Positions 9,803-18,124 of a stretch of DNA of 64,000 nt are shown one piece after another. The notes below the pieces were generated by a model. That model saw nothing but the letters and a program-made list of their open reading frames with translations. It had not been told where the DNA came from and searched no databases. This DNA comes from Gammaproteobacteria bacterium (lineage in GTDB: Bacteria; Pseudomonadota; Gammaproteobacteria; Eutrophobiales; Eutrophobiaceae): positions 2,400,001 to 2,464,000 of the forward strand of contig OZ220696.1 of the NCBI GenBank assembly GCA_965116495.1. Direction: 5' to 3'. Made by a program: the position numbers and the translations under genes. Each line of letters opens with the position of its first letter. Position 1 is the first letter of the stretch.

Positions 9803-10540
9803 TCAATGGGCCTTACGGGAATCGATAACCACGACGTTGGCATACAGCCAGAAGGAGATAAGCACGAGATAATAAATAATGTCGCGCAAATCTATCACAC
9901 CTTTGTTGATGGAATCGAAGTGGGTCAGAAAACTGAGCGATGAGATTACTTCCACCAGGGCCTGGGGCGCCCAGCCCTGGAAAAAATCCAGTACCAGCGG
10001 AAAGCCGCTGAGGATGAAAAGGAAGCAGATCACGACACTGACCACGAAAGCAATCACCTGGCTTTTTGACAAGGCGGAGATACAGGAACCGATGGCCAGA
10101 AAACCGCCGGCCATCAACAGGCTGCCGAGGTAACCGGCGAGAATAACGGCGTTATCCGGTTCGCCCAGGTAATTTACGGTGATCCACATGGGAAAAGTCA
10201 GTACCAGGGCGATTGCCGTAAAACACCATGCAGCAAGATATTTGCCCAGCACCGCGTCCGTGACGGAAATCGGCAGTGTCATCAGCAGTTCAATGGTGCC
10301 GGACTTCCTCTCTTCAGACCAGAGCCGCATGGCTATTGCTGGTATCAGGAACAGGTAAAGCCACGGATGAAACCGGAAAAAAGGCTCCAGGTCGGCCTGG
10401 CCGCGTTCATAGAAAGCTCCCAGGTAAAAACTGAATATACCGGTCAGGAACAGGAAGATAATAATAAAGACATAGGCGACGGGAGTATGGAAATAACCAT
10501 ACAATTCACGTTTGAATATGGCCCTGATATTTTTGTTCAT
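9803..10540 (-). CDS. ABC-2 permease (GldF-like)
   Basis: KRELYGYF.TPVAY, MRLWSEERKSGTIELLMTLP and KGVIDLRD motifs. Confidence 0.9.
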   Translation of the reverse strand: MNKNIRAIFKRELYGYFHTPVAYVFIIIFLFLTGIFSFYLGAFYERGQADLEPFFRFHPWLYLFLIPAIAMRLWSEERKSGTIELLMTLPISVTDAVLGKYLAAWCFTAIALVLTFPMWITVNYLGEPDNAVILAGYLGSLLMAGGFLAIGSCISALSKSQVIAFVVSVVICFLFILSGFPLVLDFFQGWAPQALVEVISSLSFLTHFDSINKGVIDLRDIIYYLVLISFWLYANVVVIDSRKAH

Positions 10541-11307
10541 GACTGGGCTGCCTCTCCCTGGCTGGAATAGAACCTGCTGGTGATGGTACGGAACGCGTCA
10601 TCATAGTCATTGATCCCTGACTGCGCCCGCAGTTCAGACGGCGTGCCGTCAAACAGGATGCGGCCGGCGGCAATAATAATTGCCCGGCTGCATACGGCAT
10701 CGACCTCCTCCAGGATATGGGTGGAAATGACGATTGCCTTGTTCTCGGCCATCTCCTTGATCAGGCTTCTTACTTCATGCTTCTGGTTGGGATCCAGGCC
10801 GTCCGTGGGTTCGTCCATGACCAGTACATCAGGGTCGTGCAACAGGGCCTGGGCCACCCCGACCCGGCGTTTGAACCCTTTGGACAGGGTCTCGACGGTC
10901 TGGTCCAGAACGGTATCAAGGTGGATCTGGTCGATGACCTTATCGATCCGTTGTTGTTTTTCCGGGCCGTCAAAACCGCGTATCTCCGCTATGAATTTCA
11001 GAAATCGGATGACCGTCATCTCCGCATAGGCAGGCGCGCCTTCAGGCAGGTAGCCGATGGATGCCTTAACGCTGATAGGATCCGTCAGGACGTCATGCCC
11101 GTTTACCAGCACCGTACCATCGGTCGGTTCCAGGAAACCGGTGATCATCTTCATGGTGGTGGACTTGCCCGCGCCGTTCGGTCCCAGGAATCCCAGGACC
11201 TCGCCATGGCTTACGGAGAAAGATACATCCCGTACGGCATGAATAGGGCCGAAGCGTTTATCCAGCCCCCTGACCTCAATGGCCGGCGACCTGTCATTCA
11301 CTGTCAT
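10537..11307 (-). CDS. ABC transporter ATP-binding protein (GldA-like)
   Basis: Walker A GPNGAGKST, signature LSKGFKRRVG, Walker B LVMDEPT. Confidence 0.93.
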   Translation of the reverse strand: MTVNDRSPAIEVRGLDKRFGPIHAVRDVSFSVSHGEVLGFLGPNGAGKSTTMKMITGFLEPTDGTVLVNGHDVLTDPISVKASIGYLPEGAPAYAEMTVIRFLKFIAEIRGFDGPEKQQRIDKVIDQIHLDTVLDQTVETLSKGFKRRVGVAQALLHDPDVLVMDEPTDGLDPNQKHEVRSLIKEMAENKAIVISTHILEEVDAVCSRAIIIAAGRILFDGTPSELRAQSGINDYDDAFRTITSRFYSSQGEAAQS

Positions 11308-11428
11308 AATCCGTAGTCAGCTAATTATTTCGATTAACGGGGTTTGTTACTGCCCAGGCAGAAAACCTGTGAGATGCGTTATTCTGCATATTTATCAGGA
11401 ATCGTCAACCCGTAGAATAAACTTTTCG

Positions 11429-12292
11429 CTATTTTCGGGGTCTTTTCAGTCGATACAGGGCAGAAATGTCTTCATCGCCGTATCCCTGCTCCATCAATTG
11501 CTCGTATTGCTCGAGGGTGGTATCAACCAGCGGCAGTGAGATATTATCCAGGCCCTTTGTCATGGCTTTACAGATGGCCAGGTCCTTGTGGTGCAGGTTC
11601 AGCTTGAACCCGGTAGCGTTATCATCGACCAGCATGGTCTTGCCGCGATGGTCCAGGAACCAGTTCCCGGCGGCGCCCTTCGCCACAACGTCCACGACCT
11701 TGTTCATGTCCAGCCCCATGGCCTCGCCGAAGGACAGCGCCTCGGTCACAGCCTGGTTGACGCCGGCGCACATGATCTGGTTCACCGCCTTACAGGCCTG
11801 GCCGCTGCCGTTGGAGCCTATCAGGGTAATCGTGGCGGCAATCGAACCCAGTGTATCTTCCGCCCTGGCCAGCACCTCGGCATCGCCGCCTGCCATCATG
11901 GCCAGGGTACCGTTTTTAGCCCCTTCCACGCCGCCGGAAACGGGACAGTCCAGGAAAGCCACGTTTTTTTCCGCCAATATACCCGCGGCCCGTTGCGCCG
12001 TGGCGCTGCTAACGGTGGACGTGTCCACGACAATCGTGCCGGCGGCTACGGATAAGGCAACCTGCTCCACCATTTCCAGTACGTCCGCATCCCTGGACAC
12101 ACAGAGGATTACCAGTTCACATTCCGACGCCAGTCGCGCCGGTGATTCAAACAGTATTACGCCGGTCTGCACGGCGATCCGTTCCGCCTTGCCGCGGGTA
12201 CGGTTCCATACCCCATGCAGGCGCCCTGCCTTGTGCAGGTTCAAAGCCATGCCGCTGCCCATGGCACCGAGGCCGATTACTCCGGTTTTCAT
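11429..12292 (-). CDS. NAD(P)-dependent beta-hydroxyacid dehydrogenase (3-hydroxyisobutyrate dehydrogenase / tartronate semialdehyde reductase family)
   Basis: GLGAMGSGMA, DCPVSGG, KAVNQ and KDL motifs. Confidence 0.9.
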   Translation of the reverse strand: MKTGVIGLGAMGSGMALNLHKAGRLHGVWNRTRGKAERIAVQTGVILFESPARLASECELVILCVSRDADVLEMVEQVALSVAAGTIVVDTSTVSSATAQRAAGILAEKNVAFLDCPVSGGVEGAKNGTLAMMAGGDAEVLARAEDTLGSIAATITLIGSNGSGQACKAVNQIMCAGVNQAVTEALSFGEAMGLDMNKVVDVVAKGAAGNWFLDHRGKTMLVDDNATGFKLNLHHKDLAICKAMTKGLDNISLPLVDTTLEQYEQLMEQGYGDEDISALYRLKRPRK

Positions 12293-12355
12293 CTTTCTAT
12301 TATAACCAAAGAGGACGCCGAGGGCACAGAGGAGAAGACCCGGTTGGGGGAACTC

Positions 12356-12387
12356 GTCATACCGGACAGGGATTGTCCGGTATCCAG
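12356..12387. repeat. Short palindromic repeat, GTCAT-CCGG...CCGG-ATCCA type
   Basis: GTCATACCGGACAGGGATTGTCCGGTATCCAG; similar to the palindromes inside the element at 40638-40809. Confidence 0.5.
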
Positions 12388-12487
12388 TAACAAGGATGTG
12401 AAGCAGGGCTTCTCTTGGTATTGCACTACCGGCATTCCAGGACTACACTCGACATAAATAAGTATTCTTAGGGAGAGGATTTTGGCC

Positions 12488-12670
12488 ATGTTCAAGATCA
12501 GGCAACGTTCCAGAGAGGAAGTATCCGAGCTTCTTGAAGATGCCGCGAGAAGGTTCTTTCAGGATCCGAAGGCCCAGGAAATTCTGAGAGCTGAACCTGA
12601 AACCAGTAAAATGCTTGATGAGGCACTCGAACGGCAACAACTCAGGGAGAATAGTCAGCCGACGCTATAA
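12488..12670 (+). CDS. Small hypothetical protein (~60 aa)
   Basis: GGAGAGGA RBS before MFKIRQRSREEV...; helical-looking sequence, no recognisable motif. Confidence 0.45.
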   Translation: MFKIRQRSREEVSELLEDAARRFFQDPKAQEILRAEPETSKMLDEALERQQLRENSQPTL

Positions 12671-12733
12671 CAGGTTGATTGAAAACAAGTATGAAAAGGA
12701 AATTTCGCAACGCTATCAAAATAGCTGCAACTA

Positions 12734-13696
12734 TCAGGAAGGATGACCGTCGCGACGTGCTGATCGATCTCCTGATACATCATTTATCCAGCCGTCGTCC
12801 GAAGTCCAACGTCCTGGCATTTGACGCTCGTCGATAGCTCCATGAGCCGCCGGCATAATGAAGTCACCGATCTCGCGAATGACTGTGGGCAAATCCGGTT
12901 CGTCGATCAGTAGCGGCTCGCGTGCGAGGAAGGAGCGCCACTGCTGCACCTTTTGGGGATCGTCTGAAAAGATGCCGGTCAACGAAGGGGGACGTTCGCG
13001 TGGAACGGCAGTCGCCCGCCTCTCAAACGTAGCCTGTATCGCGGCGGCGAGCGTTACGCCTTTGAAGGCGAAGAGCCGTGACATCGCGAGAAGGTCGTAG
13101 AAGTCTTTCATCCTGCTGTTTGCGAGATCCAGCGCCACTATCGCTTCGAACTTCTCGGCGGCCACAGTGTCACGCGGATAGGCGTAGAGCACGGGCGCCG
13201 GCTGATCCAGAAGAACCGGAAATTCGAGCTCCAATGGGCCAGGCGTCACGGCGTCCCCAAAACCAATATCGACCTGAACCGGGATGACGGCGGTAGCGAG
13301 GCGCGCCGATGTACGCAACCGAAGACCTCCATATATCCGGTCGTCGCGAATCTGTTCGGCAACGATGTGCTCTGTAGCGAAGATCAATCCATCCTCATCA
13401 ACCGCTTGAGTACAAATGTCGCGGAAAATCGCCACGAGAGGCTCGATTTCGCGGCTCTCTAAGGAAAGAATATCCAGATCGCGCGTCGTTTGAAAAGGGT
13501 CTTCGAGCCAAGCAGCATAAAGCATGGCGCCTTTGAGAACGAAACGATTTTTGTGAGGCGAGACACTCAGGCGGAAGAGAAGCCTTTCCAACGCATAGCG
13601 CGTCAGTATGCGCTGGAAATTCGCCTGTTTCTTCCTAGCGACGTTTTGAAGCCGCGCACGCACCGAAGCGCCGATATTCGTCACTTCACGCGCCAT
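12734..13696 (-). CDS. abiEii: AbiEii-type nucleotidyltransferase toxin (type IV TA)
   Basis: Likely start MAREVTNIGASVRARL overlapping the antitoxin end; LERLLFRL, FVLKGA, TRDLD, DIGFGD, AEKFEA and NSRMKDFYDL motifs. Confidence 0.9.
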   Translation of the reverse strand: MAREVTNIGASVRARLQNVARKKQANFQRILTRYALERLLFRLSVSPHKNRFVLKGAMLYAAWLEDPFQTTRDLDILSLESREIEPLVAIFRDICTQAVDEDGLIFATEHIVAEQIRDDRIYGGLRLRTSARLATAVIPVQVDIGFGDAVTPGPLELEFPVLLDQPAPVLYAYPRDTVAAEKFEAIVALDLANSRMKDFYDLLAMSRLFAFKGVTLAAAIQATFERRATAVPRERPPSLTGIFSDDPQKVQQWRSFLAREPLLIDEPDLPTVIREIGDFIMPAAHGAIDERQMPGRWTSDDGWINDVSGDRSARRDGHPS

Positions 13697-14312
13697 CAGC
13701 GACCACCATTTCGAGGTAAGGCTGCAGAACCGACCAGATACGGGTAGCGCGGGCGTATCGAACAATCTCTACCGGTTTGACCTTGCCCGACCTTATGACA
13801 TTGTGGAGGCCTTCAAGCGCAACATCGAAACCGATGTACTTCCTGAATCGAAAACAATCCACCACTGTTTTTGCTGGGTCGAAGATAGGCACCGGCACGC
13901 CATCGATGGTGTGGGTTTGGACGCCGATCGAAAGCGTCTGCATCCCAAACCGTACAACTCGGGTCGGGGGGTATTCGATCTTGGGCTTGCGCGCCTTTGG
14001 GCCTATAGCAAGCCAGACTCGGCTCGGCGTCTGGAGCGTGAGTTCGTGGAACTGAAGGGCAGAGACAAGGCAGATGACCCCTTTCGGCACAAGCTTCGCG
14101 ACCTCGGCCAGGTCATGTGGCGCTGTGATGTCGGCATCGGTGAGTTGGTAGAGCCCGCGGGTAACGCGGGTGAGGATTTCTTCCCCCAGCAGCCGCGAGA
14201 GAGTTTCCGGGTGGACACCAGCGTTGCTCAGCTCAATGCGACGCATGGCACCGCGCTCCTTGAGAAGCTCGACAACCCGATCTCTCTGCGATATCTTGGT
14301 TATAGCTACCAT
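13686..14312 (-). CDS. abiEi: AbiEi-type antitoxin / transcriptional regulator
   Basis: N-terminal wHTH (RVTRGLYQL), GVICLVSALQFHELT and AKTVVDCFRFR motifs. Start uncertain (14312 or 14351). Confidence 0.88.
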   Translation of the reverse strand: MVAITKISQRDRVVELLKERGAMRRIELSNAGVHPETLSRLLGEEILTRVTRGLYQLTDADITAPHDLAEVAKLVPKGVICLVSALQFHELTLQTPSRVWLAIGPKARKPKIEYPPTRVVRFGMQTLSIGVQTHTIDGVPVPIFDPAKTVVDCFRFRKYIGFDVALEGLHNVIRSGKVKPVEIVRYARATRIWSVLQPYLEMVVADGA

Positions 14313-14477
14313 GTGACTAAACGTCGGTTGTTGGGTTCCAACTTCCGACATTTTGTCACAAACTCATCTACCAGGAAAGCAAAAGGAACGCAGCCAGATT
14401 GCTTCTCAACAAAAACGACACAGCTCTGTATTAACTTGAAGCAATTTCGCTAAGATGGTTTGATATGATTATCGTAT

Positions 14478-15810
14478 CACTAGTGTCCGGAATATCCGAT
14501 GAAGATTAAATTTAACTTACTGTAATTCATCATCTATTACTGTTTTTATGGGTGTCACCGACTTGAACTGCCAACCCCACTTATATCAAGCTCTCCCATA
14601 CCATAGCAAGATGGGAGCCCACACACATGTACCACGGCAAACTGATCTTTGCCCAGGCAATCGATCATCTTCCCCACCATACCCTGCGTCGCTGTATTCA
14701 ACGCTACCAGGGCAATCATCACGTCAAACGCTTCAGTTGCCAGGACCAGTATCGCTGTATGGCCTTTGCGCAACTCACCTATCGCGAGAGCCTGCGCGCT
14801 ATCGAAGCCTGCCTGCGCGCCCAAAGCAACAAACTCTATCATATGGGCATACGCAGCACGGTGTCCCGCAGTACCCTGGCCGACGCCAACGAGCAACGCG
14901 ACTGGCGTATATACGCCGACGTTGCACAATCCCTGATACACACCGCGCGTCGCCTCTATCTCAACCACAGCTTCGGCGTCGAACTCGACAACACGGTCTA
15001 CGCACTCGATGCCACGACCATCGACCTATGTCTCTCCGTGTTCCCCTGGGCACACTTTCGCCGCACCAAAGGCGCGGTAAAAGTACACACATTACTGGAC
15101 CTGCGTGGCAATATCCCCACGTTTATCCATGTTTCACCGGGCAAACTGCACGACGTCAAGGTGCTCGATACCTTGCTGCCGGAGCCCGGCGCATTCTATA
15201 TCATGGACCGCGCCTACCTCGACTTCGAGCGACTGCATCGGCTCACGCTGGCCTCGTCCTGCTTCGTTATCCGGGCCAAATCCAATCTCAAGTTTCGTCG
15301 TCTTTACTCCCGGCAGGTCGACAAGACCACCGGACTGCGTTGCGACCAGACCGGCGTGCTGACCGGCTTCTACTCGTCCCAGCGCTATCCCGATACACTG
15401 CGTCGGATCAGGTATCACGATGCAAACACCGGCAAAAAACTGGTGTTTCTCACCAACAACGTTACCCTGCCGGCACGCACCATCACCGAGTTGTACCAAT
15501 GCCGTTGGCAGGTCGAATTGTTCTTCAAATGGATCAAACAACACCTGCGCATCAAGTCGTTCTTCGGCACCTCAGAGAACGCGGTGAAGACGCAGATATG
15601 GATAGCTGTCTCCGTGTACGTGCTGGTCGCGATCATCAAGAAGCGCCTGAACTGCGACATGAGTCTCTACACAATTCTACAGATTTTAAGCTTGACACTT
15701 TTCGAAAGAACTCCTTTAAATCAACTACTTATCAATTGTGAGGCTGACATGAATTATGACCCTTTCTCTAACCAATTGAATTTATTCGACTAATATTCCG
15801 GACACTAGTG
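14478..15810 (+). mobile_element. Complete IS4-family insertion sequence
   Basis: Perfect inverted ends (AT)CACTAGTGTCCGGAATAT at 14476-14495 and 15793-15812 enclose the transposase. No long TSD is visible. Confidence 0.9.
14627..15793 (+). CDS. IS4-family DDE transposase (DUF4372-type N-terminus)
   Basis: FAQLTYRESLR, DATTI, MDRAY and Y..RW.VELFFKWIKQ (YREK-like) motifs. Confidence 0.95.
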   Translation: MYHGKLIFAQAIDHLPHHTLRRCIQRYQGNHHVKRFSCQDQYRCMAFAQLTYRESLRAIEACLRAQSNKLYHMGIRSTVSRSTLADANEQRDWRIYADVAQSLIHTARRLYLNHSFGVELDNTVYALDATTIDLCLSVFPWAHFRRTKGAVKVHTLLDLRGNIPTFIHVSPGKLHDVKVLDTLLPEPGAFYIMDRAYLDFERLHRLTLASSCFVIRAKSNLKFRRLYSRQVDKTTGLRCDQTGVLTGFYSSQRYPDTLRRIRYHDANTGKKLVFLTNNVTLPARTITELYQCRWQVELFFKWIKQHLRIKSFFGTSENAVKTQIWIAVSVYVLVAIIKKRLNCDMSLYTILQILSLTLFERTPLNQLLINCEADMNYDPFSNQLNLFD

Positions 15811-16571
15811 ATTTCTTTAATAATTTTTTCGATTGGATCATAACCAAGACGACCACTTATCACACTCCAACCACTAAACATCTGCCATAAAAACCCGATC
15901 AAGATATTATCATCCTCACGATATGGTTCGACGTTGGGTGGCTGGAGATTTTCCATCTTTAATATGTCTATCTGTAGGAGTTTCAGAATGTTAAGCTCTT
16001 GACTACTAAGCATTTTGTAATTTTGTAATACAAAATCTATCTGTTTTGAAAGTAGTTGTAGATTTGAAATAATTTCTTTGAATTCCATGCCATCCTTACC
16101 AAGTCCATTTTGAAACGCATACCATCCTTCATCTGCTTCATTTCCTCCCGCAAAGACAGATCTAAACCCGTCAACAGTCATTAAGCTATCTATTGTGTCA
16201 CTATCATTAGTGATACCCTGAATTCCTCCTTTTCTACTGGCACAAATAATCTCGACCAAAATATCACGTTTAATAATTACATACATCTTGTGGAGGTTGG
16301 ATTTGATTATGAAATGTCTACGACGCTCTGGTATATTGACAACTAAGTAATAAAAGAAAATAGATATGATAACTCCAGGGAGAAAAGTTGATGTTATTCT
16401 ATGAAATTCTTCCCACGTATTGTGTGTTAAATCTGAATATTGGTTAATGTGATAGCATTCGAAAATCGCGTACAGTGCAATGGTTATTATCAGACATAGC
16501 AAAGTCTTCGAAAGGACAACATAGGTACAACATTCAAAGTAAGACTGGTATTTTTTTTCGTTGCGAATCAT
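15768..16571 (-). CDS. AT-rich hypothetical membrane protein; C-terminus replaced by IS sequence
   Basis: Long ORF, visibly AT-rich, two N-terminal hydrophobic segments; its last ~13 codons lie inside the IS4 right end. Confidence 0.65.
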   Translation of the reverse strand: MIRNEKKYQSYFECCTYVVLSKTLLCLIITIALYAIFECYHINQYSDLTHNTWEEFHRITSTFLPGVIISIFFYYLVVNIPERRRHFIIKSNLHKMYVIIKRDILVEIICASRKGGIQGITNDSDTIDSLMTVDGFRSVFAGGNEADEGWYAFQNGLGKDGMEFKEIISNLQLLSKQIDFVLQNYKMLSSQELNILKLLQIDILKMENLQPPNVEPYREDDNILIGFLWQMFSGWSVISGRLGYDPIEKIIKEITSVRNISRINSIG

Positions 16572-16607
16572 GTCACACAGTCCTAAATATATTTCCTGAT
16601 TCCTTTC

Positions 16608-16716
16608 TTACTCAATTACCACCAGCAGGCTGTCAGGTATCAACCACGTAGTTGGGACTGACGACTACTTGTTTCACGATGCCGCTCTTCCCGGCAGAAT
16701 CGTAGATTGCATTTTC
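16608..16716 (-). pseudogene. Degenerate duplicate of the last ~109 bp of pyc
   Basis: Aligns by eye to 18125-18233. Translates approximately KMQSTI...KSGIVKQVVVSPNYVVD...LLVVIE*, with two compensating 1-bp indels. Confidence 0.85.
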
Positions 16717-16834
16717 GCGGGGCTTTGGGCCAGAATCGATTCTGTCCTGATCATAAACTGCCATCTTACCATAGTAGACAAGCATCTATTTTAAACCTTG
16801 CATTTTCAAAGTCTATATTTTAAACTGCTATGTA

Positions 16835-18088
16835 ATGAAACGGCAATATCACAAACTCATCGAGGATTACCTCAGCTATTTTCCCTGTGTTGTTATCGTC
16901 GGCGCACGGCAGACCGGCAAAAGCACATTGCTCAGGATGGTGGATGACAAACGGGAACTGTTTGACCTGGAAAGCCGGGCGGATTTCGACCAGGTTGCCC
17001 GGGACCCGGACTTGTTTTTACGTCTCCACGACAAACCCATTGCCATCGACGAAGCGCAACTTTTACCGGCATTATTTCCTGCGCTCAGGGTTGCCATAGA
17101 CAGGGACCGCCAGACTTTGGGAAAATATCTGCTATCCGGTTCCAGTTCACCGGAATTGTTGACGGACATTGCCGAATCCCTGGCCGGACGGGTGGGTATT
17201 ATCGAACTGGCACCATTCAGTTTTTCCGAAACGCAGGAGGTTGATACGCCGCACCTGTTGCAGTTGTTTGCCGATGGATTTGACCCGAACAGCCTCAGGG
17301 GACTGGCTGTCCCCGCAGAAACCGGCGGGTTCGAACAGGCGCTTGTGCGCTACTGGTTGCAGGGCGGTTATCCCGAACCCTGGTTGCGGAAACTGGGCAA
17401 GTTTCAGGAAGTCTGGCGGGAACAATACCTGAAAACCTATATAGAGCGGGATATTACACGCCTGTTTCCGCGCCTTAACCCGGTACGGTTTCGACGTTTT
17501 GTCGAGCTGCTGGCGGGTTGTTCCGGGTCGATAATCAACTACTCCAATATCGCCGGCCTGCTGGACGTGTCGCAACCCACAGCGAAAGACTATTTCAGGA
17601 TTGCCCACGGCGCCTTTATCTGGCGACAACTCCCGCCTTACCATAAAAAACCGGGTAAACGTGTGTCAAAACATCCACGCGGGTATTTGCGCGACACCGG
17701 CCTGTTGCACCATATCCTGCAAATACCAGGCCATAAACGCCTGTTGTCTCATCCGCAAATGGGCGCGAGTTGGGAAGGACTGCTGATCGAGGAATTACTG
17801 CGCACACTCAGCGCGGCAGGCGTGCGGCATACTGCATATTATTATCGCACTGCCGGTGGAGCCGAGGTAGATCTGGTACTGGAAGGTCCATTCGGTCTGA
17901 TCCCTTTTGAAATCAAGCATACCCAGAACGTAAACCCGCGTCACCTGCGAGGTATCAGGGATTTTATCCGCGGATTCAATTGCCCTTTTGGCATCGTTAT
18001 CAATAATGATGAGAAAGTCAGGGTATATGACGAGAAATTGTTTGGGGTACCCTTCGCCTTGCTGGTGACACAGCCGCGTCATTCGTAA
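16835..18088 (+). CDS. AAA+ ATPase (AAA_14 / DUF4143-type) with C-terminal PD-(D/E)xK-like segment
   Basis: GARQTGKS, IDEAQ, LSGSS, ESLAGR, GGYPE, DTGLL and EVDLVLE...FEIK motifs. Confidence 0.88.
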   Translation: MKRQYHKLIEDYLSYFPCVVIVGARQTGKSTLLRMVDDKRELFDLESRADFDQVARDPDLFLRLHDKPIAIDEAQLLPALFPALRVAIDRDRQTLGKYLLSGSSSPELLTDIAESLAGRVGIIELAPFSFSETQEVDTPHLLQLFADGFDPNSLRGLAVPAETGGFEQALVRYWLQGGYPEPWLRKLGKFQEVWREQYLKTYIERDITRLFPRLNPVRFRRFVELLAGCSGSIINYSNIAGLLDVSQPTAKDYFRIAHGAFIWRQLPPYHKKPGKRVSKHPRGYLRDTGLLHHILQIPGHKRLLSHPQMGASWEGLLIEELLRTLSAAGVRHTAYYYRTAGGAEVDLVLEGPFGLIPFEIKHTQNVNPRHLRGIRDFIRGFNCPFGIVINNDEKVRVYDEKLFGVPFALLVTQPRHS

Positions 18089-18124
18089 TGACATGACACA
18101 GGGATCATCGAGCGCCTCACAACA

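Noticed and set aside
11466-12305. Long antisense ORFs (also 669-1424, 32762-33733, 47506-48225 and others)
   Set aside because: They mirror well-supported genes, which is expected from codon bias in GC-rich DNA.
14548-15741. 397-aa alternative-frame ORF in the IS4 element
   Set aside because: It overlaps the motif-bearing transposase in another frame and has low-information composition.
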